Position numbers and translations under genes: made by a program. Below are positions 1 through 9,983 of a stretch of 64,000 nt of DNA, one piece after another (the stretch's first letter is position 1; every line of letters starts with the position of its first letter). Source of the DNA: a virus (Duplodnaviria; Heunggongvirae; Uroviricota; Caudoviricetes); the IMG/VR virus record IMGVR_UViG_3300033069_002010. One strand, given 5' to 3'. Below the pieces are notes generated by a model. That model had not been told where the DNA came from. It made no database searches and worked only from the letters and a program-made list of their open reading frames with translations.

Positions 1-275
1 AAGCAGTCTCGCAAATGCACTTGTTCATCTCTATTGTCTTGAACGTCGGTATGTCCGAAATTATCAGATTGCATTCGGAATGCTTGCAATTCTTTATTAT
101 GAACCGGTGAGGGGACAGCTTGTAGTGAAGAACTTCCTTGATATGGGTCACCCGATTGCCGACCTTGTGGGTCCGGTCAATCTCGATATCACCAATCGAC
201 TGGTCAACGAAAATAGTGCTGACCAACTGGTGTGCGACTGTCAGAGTCGATATTTTCTCAATGATGTGCTGTTGG

Positions 276-875
276 TTAATTGTTGTTGTCATATCCGAGT
301 TCCTTAGCTCTCTGGAAAAACTTTTCCGAGATTTTCAAAAGATTGTTTTTTGTCTTCCTGTATTTATCATTTTCGGACATCCTCATCGAAACCAACGAGG
401 TCTTATAAGCCTCATCCTTATCATCCATTCTTGAGGTGTGGTTTTCAAGAACCTCATCAAAAACATCTCCGCTCCCGTAGAGTTCTATGAGGGAGTTTAT
501 TTTCATCACCTTATCGGAATTCTCCTCAAGTATCGAGAAGTCATTTTTTCTGGACAGATCATCAATTCTGGAGTCAAGGGTCTGCCAATCGGTAATGTAG
601 GATTTCAAAGATTCCAATGTCTTTATCTCGTCCGAAACCCGGTCGCTTTGGATCAGATCTATGAGGGCCTCGGCGAACATTTCCTTTCCCGAAATCGATA
701 TGCTGCTTTCGAGAAGCTCTGTTCTTGCCCCACCATGGGACTGTATTCTCAGAAAACTGTCCATGAGCTTCATTATGCTTGCCTTCATCGCCAGTCTTTC
801 AAGAAGGGCCTTATCCATCTCGACCTTCGGTTCGGCGTTTACGGACTGGTTTGTCATATTGCTGAATTTTTTCAT
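276..875 (-). CDS. hypothetical protein
   Basis: 199 aa complete ORF; no recognisable motif. Confidence 0.45.
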   Translation of the reverse strand: MKKFSNMTNQSVNAEPKVEMDKALLERLAMKASIMKLMDSFLRIQSHGGARTELLESSISISGKEMFAEALIDLIQSDRVSDEIKTLESLKSYITDWQTLDSRIDDLSRKNDFSILEENSDKVMKINSLIELYGSGDVFDEVLENHTSRMDDKDEAYKTSLVSMRMSENDKYRKTKNNLLKISEKFFQRAKELGYDNNN

Positions 876-937
876 AATTCCATTATCGTTTTTGGTATAT
901 ATTAAAAAAAGATACCCGTTTTCGAGTATCTTTTTTA

Positions 938-1168
938 TTAAAGATTGTGTTTGTATTCCTGAACATCATCACGGATCTCTTCAGCTGTCTTTCTCAGGAT
1001 CTGCATGAATTTCCTGACTCTTACACCGGCCGTCTTGTTTCCCTTGATGAAAAACTTTTCGAAATCATCCTTGAGCCTGACCTTTTTCCCATCAATATCG
1101 ATATCCTCCGTTAAGACCTTGATAAGGTAATCATACTTGTCAAGATATTCCATATTCTCATTTCTCAT
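938..1168 (-). CDS. small hypothetical protein
   Basis: 76 aa ORF in the same orientation as its neighbours; charged. Confidence 0.3.
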   Translation of the reverse strand: MRNENMEYLDKYDYLIKVLTEDIDIDGKKVRLKDDFEKFFIKGNKTAGVRVRKFMQILRKTAEEIRDDVQEYKHNL

Positions 1169-1218
1169 ATGTATACTATTTTTTCCAGTATATATACGAA
1201 AACCTTTTTCTCCTCTTT

Positions 1219-2043
1219 TTAGAAATTTTTGACGATTATCTCAACTGTATCTCCTCCCTTTTTTCTGGCCACCTTTTCATAATCATAATCAAGCTCAATT
1301 ATTGTGTACTTTCTGACCCGATCAAGATATGGATTGTCGACTCCCTTATGCTTGAGGAGATTTGACATGACAAACCTGATTCCCCTCGAGTCCAAGTCAT
1401 CTATAAGATCATAGAGTCCTTCCTCCATTTTCTTTGACCAATAAGAGTTGTACCCAGCCTCGGAAATCAGATAGGGTGGATCTAAATAGACAAAATCCTC
1501 TTTTTTAGGGGGATGCTCCCGGAAAAGGGACATATAATCCCCACAGACAAACGAAACATTCTTATCCTTGAGAACATTGCAGTATTCCCTTAGCTTGCCG
1601 ACCGTACTGTCGTTTATTGTTCTCTTACCGAATGACTGGTTGAACTTGAAGGATTTGTTGAATCTCATCAGGTTGTTGGTGCAGGAACTTACAAGGGAAA
1701 AGAAAAGATAAGGATCCGAATTCAGGTTGAATGCTTCCCTAACCTTCAGGAATTGTTCCTGTGAATTCCTATCGATAGAATAAGATTTTATCCTTTCAAT
1801 CTCACTTTCGACATTTCCGGAATCGGAAGCAGATTTAAGTATTGAGTAAAAATCGATCAGAGGCTTGATTATGTCGTTGGATATGACTTTATCATAAGGA
1901 GTGTTAACGGTAACGGAAAGACCCCCAGCAAACACGTCATAAAACGTGTCCACGTCATTCGTGTCGGGGAAATGTTCCAGAAGCTGAGGAATAAGGTCAT
2001 GCTTGCTTCCAGCGTAATTTAGTGGAGATTTCAATATTTTCAT
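1219..2043 (-). CDS. dam: DNA N6-adenine methyltransferase (Dam family)
   Basis: N-terminal NYAGSK plus FAGG motif I (FYDVFAGGLSV) and catalytic DPPY motif IV; 274 aa is typical Dam size. Confidence 0.85.
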   Translation of the reverse strand: MKILKSPLNYAGSKHDLIPQLLEHFPDTNDVDTFYDVFAGGLSVTVNTPYDKVISNDIIKPLIDFYSILKSASDSGNVESEIERIKSYSIDRNSQEQFLKVREAFNLNSDPYLFFSLVSSCTNNLMRFNKSFKFNQSFGKRTINDSTVGKLREYCNVLKDKNVSFVCGDYMSLFREHPPKKEDFVYLDPPYLISEAGYNSYWSKKMEEGLYDLIDDLDSRGIRFVMSNLLKHKGVDNPYLDRVRKYTIIELDYDYEKVARKKGGDTVEIIVKNF

Positions 2044-3167
2044 GAGTCTATCTTAAAGTGTTTCCTGAGTGTTTCCTGGGCAGATTCCCTTGATTTGTTG
2101 AAATACTTGGTCGATGACCCACGTATTATCCCCAAGGAGGAAAAAAGCTTGAGAATGTCAGTGACATCCTTAGGAAGCAAAATTACGGAATTTATCTTAC
2201 ATAAGTCTATTATCGACTTGATGGAAGGCAGTTTGTCGTTTATTTTGGTGTCCTCGGTATACATGATGTTGATGATACTGTTGCAGTAGAACCATTTCTG
2301 ATACATCGGATCGGATTCTATCTTATCCTTGATCTCAAGATAGGAACGATATTTGTAATATTCGTTGAAATAAACCCCTGCCAAAATAACTAGTTCAATA
2401 AGGGTAGATATGATTACGAAAAACAAAGAATTGTTTTTGTTTTCATCCTTTTTCCCCTCTCCGTCGGCCTTAACCTTTGCCTCATAGTCAGATATGACCT
2501 GTTGGTTTTCCTTTTTTAAATCATCTATTTCCTTTTTTATCTGAGAATTCTCATCCTTGATCTCGGACATCTGAGTCTTCAAATCGATAACCCTCTTCCG
2601 ATCTTCCTTCAATGTCGATGATGATTTAAGGGTCATTTCCTTATCTTTTTCGTCAAATTTCTTATTGTTCTCAGAAATCCTATATTCCACCTTTCCTATC
2701 CGAACCGCATAGACGGAGTTGACACTGTCCACATATCTTTTCACATCGGCTTGAATTTGGGTATCTATCTGTTTGGATTTGGACGAAAATTCCTTGGCTC
2801 CCCTGACAGAGGCGTAAAAGGACATCGAAACTATGAGAATGCTTATCAGCATAAGGGGGAAAACATCCTTGTGCTTTAAGGATTGGTGTTTGATCTGCTG
2901 AAGGGAGAACTTGTCGAAAATCTCCCTTTTCAAAAGCTCAAGCCCACCCAAAAGTATGACGGTCGAAACACCGACCAAAATAGGATTGTCTGTGATGGCC
3001 CCGGAAAGTATCTTGGATACCAGGAAGTAAGCCAGGAATATGGATGACACATGTCCGAAAATGGACAGATAGAACATCACCCTATTGATGTTCCTAAAAC
3101 TTTTGGAAAAGTCCTGTTCCTGTATGGATTCTTCCAATTTCTTAAAATCACTTAGTTTCATTTTCAA
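2040..3167 (-). CDS. membrane/coiled-coil protein
   Basis: 375 aa; several hydrophobic segments plus a long charged coiled-coil; 4-nt ATGA overlap with dam suggests translational coupling. Confidence 0.5.
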   Translation of the reverse strand: MKMKLSDFKKLEESIQEQDFSKSFRNINRVMFYLSIFGHVSSIFLAYFLVSKILSGAITDNPILVGVSTVILLGGLELLKREIFDKFSLQQIKHQSLKHKDVFPLMLISILIVSMSFYASVRGAKEFSSKSKQIDTQIQADVKRYVDSVNSVYAVRIGKVEYRISENNKKFDEKDKEMTLKSSSTLKEDRKRVIDLKTQMSEIKDENSQIKKEIDDLKKENQQVISDYEAKVKADGEGKKDENKNNSLFFVIISTLIELVILAGVYFNEYYKYRSYLEIKDKIESDPMYQKWFYCNSIINIMYTEDTKINDKLPSIKSIIDLCKINSVILLPKDVTDILKLFSSLGIIRGSSTKYFNKSRESAQETLRKHFKIDS

Positions 3168-3480
3168 TAATTAATTTTCCGGTCCATCTTTCTTTCCAAG
3201 ACAGGTCCCTATTTCTGAAGGAACTCAATTTGTTTTCCAAATCGGCCTTTTCCGACAGAATCCTATTGACCGTTTCCGAATTGGACCTCAACGTCTCATC
3301 AAGTTCTCTAGACTTAATCTCAACTTGACCCCTGAGAACATCATTCTTACCAGCAACAACCCTGTAGTAGTTCCTGAACTGGTAAAGTAGGAACCTAAAC
3401 TCGTCAGGGGTAAGTCCGTCGTTGAATTCCGACGTAAGAAGGTAATTCAATATTTCAGTATCCGATAAATTGTCAATCAT
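3148..3480 (-). CDS. hypothetical coiled-coil protein
   Basis: 110 aa ORF; overlaps the upstream gene by 20 nt. Confidence 0.4.
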   Translation of the reverse strand: MIDNLSDTEILNYLLTSEFNDGLTPDEFRFLLYQFRNYYRVVAGKNDVLRGQVEIKSRELDETLRSNSETVNRILSEKADLENKLSSFRNRDLSWKERWTGKLIIENETK

Positions 3481-3494
3481 ATTCGGGTATATAT

Positions 3495-4640
3495 TTATTT
3501 GAATCCTATCTCGTCCTGCTGGGAAGAAAATTCCCTTTTCCTGATCACGTCAATAAGCTTGGTGGGACCCTTGATCTTCGACTTGCTCCCGACCGATTTG
3601 GCCAATTCGAGGGATTTCGTCTTGGAAAGACAGTCGACCTCTATGACATCAATAAGGTTGTTGCAGTCCAGGATTGTCTCATCAATCTCCGAAAGGTGAT
3701 CCACATTCAAAACCATTATTATGTTCAGGTTGAGTTCGTCGGACTGGTATCCGTCGATAAGCTGAAGGATGTTGTTTGTGAAAACGTTTGATTTGGTGTA
3801 GAACTGACTGAAGTAAAGTTCCGAATCGTCGATCACGACAACAGAGTTCTTGAATCTCTTCAGAAGATTCTTAAATTCAGGATTGTTGATGCTGATCTCA
3901 ATCATCGAACTCGGTATGTAGACAAAAGGCTTTTCAAGACATGACGCCATGTATCCGACGAGTCCGGTCTTTCCAGTTCCCCTTTGCCCGTAAATCAGAC
4001 TCAATCCCTTATTTGACTTTCTGATGTTTTTTATCAGTTTTTCAGTCCTCTTCAAAACGTTGTCGTTGAAATACATCTCGATATTCTCGAGATCCAATTT
4101 CATCGGAACCAGAGGCTCGACCTCAAACCCGTTTTGGGTGAATATCGTCGAGAACATCCGGGTTGAGTCACCCTCGTCGTCAAATCCCTCATGGAACTGT
4201 TCGAGATTGGAGATAATTTCGTTCAGTTTTTCGGCGGATCCGCTCTTATAGAAGAAAACAACATCCCCGATTACAGACTCGTCGACAAGCTTGTCGAAAT
4301 GGGTATATGAAAGATAAATCGATTCATCGATCTTAACAAGGACCTTTTCGTTTATCATAACATCGTCCTGAGCGGGAATGGCCTCCGTGAAAACCACACT
4401 GGTCTCGGAATCCCCAATGTATTTGATGAAACTATCAACGTTGTAATTGGCGTGAAGGACATATTTGTTGGGCCTCGATCCGAAGACGGACCAACAATGC
4501 AGATAATCGTTTATTTCGTTCTCATCCCGATTGATGTTTATATTCAAGGGGATTGAGGGTATTATGTTGTTTTTCATAAAAATTACATTTTGAATTTTAT
4601 ATATACCGTAATAATATTTGTTTCGACAATATGAACCCAA
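3495..4640 (-). CDS. P-loop NTPase (AAA-like ATPase)
   Basis: Walker A GQRGTGKTG and Walker B-like VVVIDDSE; 381 aa. Confidence 0.6.
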   Translation of the reverse strand: MGSYCRNKYYYGIYKIQNVIFMKNNIIPSIPLNININRDENEINDYLHCWSVFGSRPNKYVLHANYNVDSFIKYIGDSETSVVFTEAIPAQDDVMINEKVLVKIDESIYLSYTHFDKLVDESVIGDVVFFYKSGSAEKLNEIISNLEQFHEGFDDEGDSTRMFSTIFTQNGFEVEPLVPMKLDLENIEMYFNDNVLKRTEKLIKNIRKSNKGLSLIYGQRGTGKTGLVGYMASCLEKPFVYIPSSMIEISINNPEFKNLLKRFKNSVVVIDDSELYFSQFYTKSNVFTNNILQLIDGYQSDELNLNIIMVLNVDHLSEIDETILDCNNLIDVIEVDCLSKTKSLELAKSVGSKSKIKGPTKLIDVIRKREFSSQQDEIGFK

Positions 4641-4743
4641 ATTACATCGACTCGATTCTTACAGCAAACCTTTATCTCATCTTCTGCAAGATGATCGGAT
4701 GCAAAAAAGGTCTGATGTCGACAGAGGCATCCTGAATCAGAGA

Positions 4744-4784
4744 ATAAAAAAAGTGTTGAACCAAAGAAAGAATTCAACACCTTT
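4744..4784 (-). terminator. intrinsic terminator
   Basis: 8-bp stem GTGTTGAA/TTCAACAC flanked by an A-run on plus (T-run on minus), immediately downstream of the 4788..5042 gene. Confidence 0.5.
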
Positions 4785-4787
4785 AAA

Positions 4788-5042
4788 TTAAATCTGAGGA
4801 CCCGGTCCCGAAGGAATCGGACCTGTCAACGGACCAGTTAGAGGTCCTGTCAGAGGACCACCTAGCGGGATTACAGGGGAATTGAACATTCCAGAATTTT
4901 TTTCCCTCTCAATAAGCTTCATCAACATTTCCTTATGCTGATCCTGCGCCTTTTTCTGCAGTTTTTTGATTTCCTGGTTTCTCTTTTCGATTTTCTTTCT
5001 GTGTTCCTTGGCTTTCTTACCCATAAAAAAATACTTTTTCAT
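4788..5042 (-). CDS. small basic protein with GPLT tandem repeats
   Basis: 84 aa; lysine-rich N-terminal helix; C-terminal GPLTGPLTGPLTGP encoded by a 12-nt tandem repeat. Confidence 0.4.
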   Translation of the reverse strand: MKKYFFMGKKAKEHRKKIEKRNQEIKKLQKKAQDQHKEMLMKLIEREKNSGMFNSPVIPLGGPLTGPLTGPLTGPIPSGPGPQI

Positions 5043-5080
5043 TTATATGAAAAAACCGGCCGTAGTTGAAACAAATCAAT

Positions 5081-5097
5081 ATATAAATAAAAAATAT
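5081..5097 (+). promoter_or_regulatory. TATATAAATAAAAAATA promoter-like element
   Basis: Contains TATAAATA (the T4 late promoter core) 7 nt upstream of the ATG at 5105. The identical 17-mer recurs upstream of the minus-strand gene 19073..20233. Confidence 0.45.
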
Positions 5098-5104
5098 CAT
5101 AGAC

Positions 5105-6193
5105 ATGAGCTGTTTTGACTTAAAAGACATCAATTCGGAACTCAACAGGGTGAAAAACGCCATCTACAAACTTCCACTGAACTACGGTAGTATCGATCTG
5201 AGCTCGAAATTCATGAAAGACAGGCAGATAGCCAAGAAGATAATGAAGGCCAAGTTTCCCAAAAAAGGAAGGTCGGAAACCGAAATAGATGACGATCTGA
5301 ACAGGATCGTCTACGGCATAGACATCAGGAAAAGACTCGGACAGTCCTACAAGCCATATATCAGCGAGGCCGAATTCGAAGACGATGCAGACCAAAGGGC
5401 CGACAATCTTGAGGTGAGCGAAGACGGGTTTGTTCCCATCCTTAGGGATAATCCGATATTCGACGACATCGCCCTACTGAAGAGCGAAATAAGAATAGCC
5501 GCTTTCCAATTGGGAGAAAAGGGACAGTCCCTCGTCAAGGACATCGTTTCACTGACATCGCTTCTGGCGTCATCCCTACCGACGATGGCAGCCCTTATCG
5601 TGACCATCCCAATACCCAACATATCGGGAGCCTTGTCGATACTACTGATAGTCCTAAAGGCCATCGAGGATTTCTTCAACAAGATAAAGGATATTCTCCC
5701 CTATCTCGACATACTTTCTAAATTGGAACTCGTAATCGGACCAATCTATTTTGACACCATACAGAGCATCCTTTGCAACTACCTGAAGATTCTAGCGGAT
5801 GTCCTCTCAAAACTGAATCAGCTTTCCGCTCCCCTGTCGGCTCTTCTCAAAGGCAAAACACCAAGTGAAAGAATCACGGATGTCAACAATGCGAAAACAG
5901 CTGTTGAGACAGCACAAAAAAACCTGAATGAAGTTGGATGGTTCAAAACAATAGACGAAACAGGAGTTTCTGTTACAGGTGATACCAACACAAGAGGGGG
6001 TGATGCCCCAGCAGTCTACAAAAGCGATTATGGGGACGGATGGATATTGAACTCAAAGAAAAACCTCTACACCACAAACAAGTTCGGATCGAGACCCCCT
6101 AAGGAAATAGATTCACTTTGGAAGGCCGATTTGGAATCCAAATGGAAGGATTATACCGACGCCATCAACAAGGCAAAAAAATTGGCGAGCTAA
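5105..6193 (+). CDS. hypothetical membrane-associated protein
   Basis: 362 aa; central hydrophobic stretch (LTSLLASSLPTMAALIVTIPIP...). Confidence 0.5.
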   Translation: MSCFDLKDINSELNRVKNAIYKLPLNYGSIDLSSKFMKDRQIAKKIMKAKFPKKGRSETEIDDDLNRIVYGIDIRKRLGQSYKPYISEAEFEDDADQRADNLEVSEDGFVPILRDNPIFDDIALLKSEIRIAAFQLGEKGQSLVKDIVSLTSLLASSLPTMAALIVTIPIPNISGALSILLIVLKAIEDFFNKIKDILPYLDILSKLELVIGPIYFDTIQSILCNYLKILADVLSKLNQLSAPLSALLKGKTPSERITDVNNAKTAVETAQKNLNEVGWFKTIDETGVSVTGDTNTRGGDAPAVYKSDYGDGWILNSKKNLYTTNKFGSRPPKEIDSLWKADLESKWKDYTDAINKAKKLAS

Positions 6194-6504
6194 ATAAGCT
6201 TGTTGTAGATCGACACAGGTCGGTTGACCTGAACCCCATGCTGCCAATTTCCGACACGAAGGGCCTGCTTGTTCTGGAACTGACCCCTCAACTGTCCAGT
6301 CTCAAGATCGGTCAGGTAAATGTGGAACTGTTCGACATAATCATTGTCGTCCTCAGGGTCCTTGAAATACTCTGGATTGGATTCGAAATCGTCGATGTGG
6401 GTCATGACCCCCATTCCCCACCCGTGGGATTTCCTGAGGATTCTAATGATCCTGGTATAGTCATACCGATCCTCAAGCCATTCGTTGAATTTCCTGATCG
6501 TCAT
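6190..6504 (-). CDS. small protein, tandem paralogue A (MTIRKFNEWL N-terminus)
   Basis: 104 aa; N-terminus is near-identical to its neighbour 6501..6833; ATGA overlap. Confidence 0.5.
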   Translation of the reverse strand: MTIRKFNEWLEDRYDYTRIIRILRKSHGWGMGVMTHIDDFESNPEYFKDPEDDNDYVEQFHIYLTDLETGQLRGQFQNKQALRVGNWQHGVQVNRPVSIYNKLI

Positions 6505-6833
6505 TTTATTTCGGTTTGATAGAGAAAGAAAAGATCCCTTTTTCCAAATCCTTGGATGATATCATCCATGAATTCCATGACCCTGACATAGGACGGATTG
6601 TCCGTATACGAGTGGTAGTTCCTGACTCCATCCTTAGCCACGGTAAGTTCGAACTCGGTCTTGTATTCCTGGTTTATCAGATCCATATACCTATCCGCCG
6701 CCTTTTCCATGCTTCGGAAAGCCTCGACATCACAAACGTCACCGTACGAATATGTCCTTATCAGAACCACGACATCACCGGTGGAGGATCCTCTTGGGAC
6801 AATCAGTTCCTCGTTGAATTTTCTTATTTTCAT
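6501..6833 (-). CDS. small protein, tandem paralogue B (MKIRKFNEEL N-terminus)
   Basis: 110 aa; shares the N-terminal decapeptide with 6190..6504. Confidence 0.5.
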   Translation of the reverse strand: MKIRKFNEELIVPRGSSTGDVVVLIRTYSYGDVCDVEAFRSMEKAADRYMDLINQEYKTEFELTVAKDGVRNYHSYTDNPSYVRVMEFMDDIIQGFGKRDLFFLYQTEIK

Positions 6834-6835
6834 AT

Positions 6836-8221
6836 CTAATCTGCCGATTTTGAGTTTTCGGAAACTATCTGGTTGAAATTGTCGGCCGGATCGAAACTGT
6901 ACTTGGCGGAAAGCTTTCCGCTCATCTCTCCCCCGGAGAACCTGACCGAGATGTCACATCCTATCATAGGCTTATCCCCAATCTCCATCCTTATCTTTAT
7001 CATGAAATCGTTCATTTCCTCTTCCTTGTCATCGACGACCATTTTTACGTGATAGTCGAATTTGACGTTGATGTCATCATAGTTGTCCCTGAAGAATTTC
7101 CTGGACGGGACCTGATGGAACGAGTTTCCCTTGTTTCCAAGATAGAAGACTGGTCTTTCAAGACATCCGAGCTTCTCGACTATTGACTTGACAAGTTTCA
7201 TCTTGACCCTTCCCTTGGCAAGCTTGAATCCGTCCTCGAGCTTTTCTATGTCCCCCATGCTGGTCGCGGTAAGGGATTCGGTCAGAAGGTGCTCGAGTAT
7301 TTTGGAATTCAGAATGAAAATCTTCTTTTCCATCCATTCGCGGTAGACCCTTTCCGAATCGAGGAAACACTGGTCCCGGTTTTTCCATATCTCGGACATC
7401 AGATCCGAGAATTTAAGTATATTCTTATCAAATTCCCTTATATGCTCACCTAGGTTCTTAAACCTAGGATCCCTGTGTTTCAGTTCGAAATACTCGAAAT
7501 ACCCGAGGGAATCCATTCTCTGGGGTTCTATGAACTTTTCAATGTGTATCTGGATGTTCTTGTTGGCATTCTCATACATGATCTTGACCCAGTCCTGGAC
7601 CAGCTTGTCCCATTTGTTTATGTAGGCTTCCCCATACATCTTCTCGATGTCGCTTCCGATAAGATCGTCGGCAAACGTGTTGAATGATGATGTTTTGGAA
7701 GAACTCACCGATTTGTTCAAAAAGAAACTGAACTGTCTTCCGTCCTTCAGCTCTATCACGATATCCTCATTGTGATCCATATCCTTGTTGGGACCCAACC
7801 AATATATTCTTTTTATAAGCTGCTCGCCGAGCTTCTCATCGGGAAGAAGCTTGTCGATTATGTTCCTGGCGGTTATCCTGGCATCGACAAGGTCATTCCA
7901 GTCTGTCTCTATGTCGAACTTGACGTCGTTGAACACCCCATTTATCTTGGATGTCTCGTCGTCGATGACGCATCTATCATCCACAAACTTTCCGAGATGA
8001 AGACGATTTTTCGATAGGAGAAGATTCTTGAGATCGGTAAGGAAAACCTGTGAGTTTTCAGAATATCTAGCTTTTAATCCTCTGTCAAGAACGTTGTCGA
8101 GGAACTCGTTGTTCAGGAGTATCATGGATACGCAGATTTCGGATATCAGGTTTTTAGAACTGTATTTCTTATTTGGTTCTTTATTTAGTTGTTCTAAAAA
8201 AAATTCATATCTAGTTATCAT
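6836..8221 (-). CDS. hypothetical protein
   Basis: 461 aa ORF; no recognisable motif. Confidence 0.5.
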   Translation of the reverse strand: MITRYEFFLEQLNKEPNKKYSSKNLISEICVSMILLNNEFLDNVLDRGLKARYSENSQVFLTDLKNLLLSKNRLHLGKFVDDRCVIDDETSKINGVFNDVKFDIETDWNDLVDARITARNIIDKLLPDEKLGEQLIKRIYWLGPNKDMDHNEDIVIELKDGRQFSFFLNKSVSSSKTSSFNTFADDLIGSDIEKMYGEAYINKWDKLVQDWVKIMYENANKNIQIHIEKFIEPQRMDSLGYFEYFELKHRDPRFKNLGEHIREFDKNILKFSDLMSEIWKNRDQCFLDSERVYREWMEKKIFILNSKILEHLLTESLTATSMGDIEKLEDGFKLAKGRVKMKLVKSIVEKLGCLERPVFYLGNKGNSFHQVPSRKFFRDNYDDINVKFDYHVKMVVDDKEEEMNDFMIKIRMEIGDKPMIGCDISVRFSGGEMSGKLSAKYSFDPADNFNQIVSENSKSAD

Positions 8222-8321
8222 ATTACTATATATTATTTTTAAATTTTCATTTTAAGAATTTTACTCAGACATTTTACTGGACAATGGACTATATATAATA
8301 TATACTATAAAAACCAAAGTA

Positions 8322-9965
8322 ATGGATATTAAATATTTCGAAGAGGAAATTTATAAAAATAGACCCAACCGATTAAAAGAGGGATTTGTCAAAAATAATT
8401 TTCCTGAGTTCTATGAGTTCATAACTGATAAATTTATCGGAGACACTTTTTTAGAAAAATTATATATTTTCTATAAAGGTATCTCAAAATGTAAATGTGG
8501 GAACAAAAATAAATTCATATCATTCAAAACTGGGTTTAGAAAACACTGTAGTATTAAATGTTCTAGTAACGACGAGTCAACTAGAGATAGGTATAAAAAA
8601 TCATGTCTTTCAAAGTATGGGGTTGAAAATATCTCTAAAAACACAGAAATAAAAAAGAAAAAAGAAGAGACATGTATTAAAAATTATGGAGTAAAATCAT
8701 ATTTTCTCACACAGGAATTAAAAGACATCATATATGAAAAATATGGAACTGATAACGTATTCAAAAACGAGGAAATTAAGAAAAAAATATCAGATTCAAA
8801 TATTAAGAAATATGGAAATAAAGTATCTATACTAAACACACAAATAAAAGAAAAGTCCAAGAAAACACTAATCGATAAATATGGTGTTGACAGTTACTCA
8901 AAAACGGATAGTTTCAAGTTAATGATGAAAAATTATAATGATGAAAAATATAAACAATCACTCGATGATAGTGAATATGAAATTATTCACAGAAATAGAT
9001 ATATTAATACATTAAAGCATATAAAGTGTGGGGAAACATTTGATATACAAACACAACTGATAAGAAAAAGAAACAATTCTAAATCTGAAATTTGCTTAGT
9101 ATGTAATCCATTTCAACCATCATATAAGGAAAGTGAATTATTCACATGGATAAGTGAGATCCACCCAAATGTTATCCATCATTTCAGAATTAAAAAATAT
9201 GAAATAGATATATACCTACCCGATCTAAAAATTGGATTCGAGTATAACGGCCTATATTGGCACTCTGAACTGAATAAAGAAAAAAACTACCACCAGGAAA
9301 AAACAAAATATTTTAAAGAAAATGGTATACAAATATACCATATATGGGAGGATGACTGGAAATATAAACAAGACATAGTAAAATCAATTATACTCAATAA
9401 AATTAGTAAAACCCCCAATAGAATTGGGGCTAGGAAATGTAAGGTAGTTGAGGTTTCCGATAAAATATCAAAAGATTTTCTAAATAAAAACCACCTCCAA
9501 GGATTTTGTGTCTCAAAATACAGACTTGGACTAGTATACGAAGGCAATATAGTAAGTCTAATAACACTTGGTAAAAAAAGAAACGGCAAATCATCCAATA
9601 AAGAATTTGAGTTACTTAGATTTGTATCTCTGATTAATCACAACATAGTTGGTGGGTTTTCAAAATTGATAAGTCATTTTATAAAAAAATACAAACCTAA
9701 TAGAATTGTGACATATTCTGATACATCTATTTCAAATGGGGATTTATATACAAAGGCTGGATTCACATACATATATTCAACAAAACCAAACTATTGGTAT
9801 TTTCTAAAAGACAGAAGATTTAATAGATTTTCATTCAGAAAATCAAATCTTATAAAAGAAGGATTTGATATCAAAAAAACCGAGAAGGAGATAATGTTTG
9901 AACGAGGATACAATAGAATATATGACTGTGGGTCAAATTTTTATGAAATAAATCTTAATATATAA
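8322..9965 (+). CDS. modular homing endonuclease, KYGV-repeat family with Vsr-like PD-(D/E)xK nuclease module
   Basis: Repeated motif of about 33 aa ending ...KYGV(E/D)N/S...; then DIYLPDLKIGFEYNGLYWHSE...IYHIWEDDW (Vsr/DUF559-like); C-terminal ARKC...NHLQGF domain shared with 45018..46916. Strongly AT-rich codon usage compared with its neighbours. Confidence 0.7.
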   Translation: MDIKYFEEEIYKNRPNRLKEGFVKNNFPEFYEFITDKFIGDTFLEKLYIFYKGISKCKCGNKNKFISFKTGFRKHCSIKCSSNDESTRDRYKKSCLSKYGVENISKNTEIKKKKEETCIKNYGVKSYFLTQELKDIIYEKYGTDNVFKNEEIKKKISDSNIKKYGNKVSILNTQIKEKSKKTLIDKYGVDSYSKTDSFKLMMKNYNDEKYKQSLDDSEYEIIHRNRYINTLKHIKCGETFDIQTQLIRKRNNSKSEICLVCNPFQPSYKESELFTWISEIHPNVIHHFRIKKYEIDIYLPDLKIGFEYNGLYWHSELNKEKNYHQEKTKYFKENGIQIYHIWEDDWKYKQDIVKSIILNKISKTPNRIGARKCKVVEVSDKISKDFLNKNHLQGFCVSKYRLGLVYEGNIVSLITLGKKRNGKSSNKEFELLRFVSLINHNIVGGFSKLISHFIKKYKPNRIVTYSDTSISNGDLYTKAGFTYIYSTKPNYWYFLKDRRFNRFSFRKSNLIKEGFDIKKTEKEIMFERGYNRIYDCGSNFYEINLNI

Positions 9966-9983
9966 TTCAAAAATCACCTTTTC

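Noticed and set aside
1-275. Small ORFs 80..307 and 138..434 at the left edge
   Set aside because: They are short, overlap one another and the minus-strand gene 276..875, and have no motifs. The left edge may contain the 3' end of a minus-strand gene that runs off the window, but this cannot be resolved.
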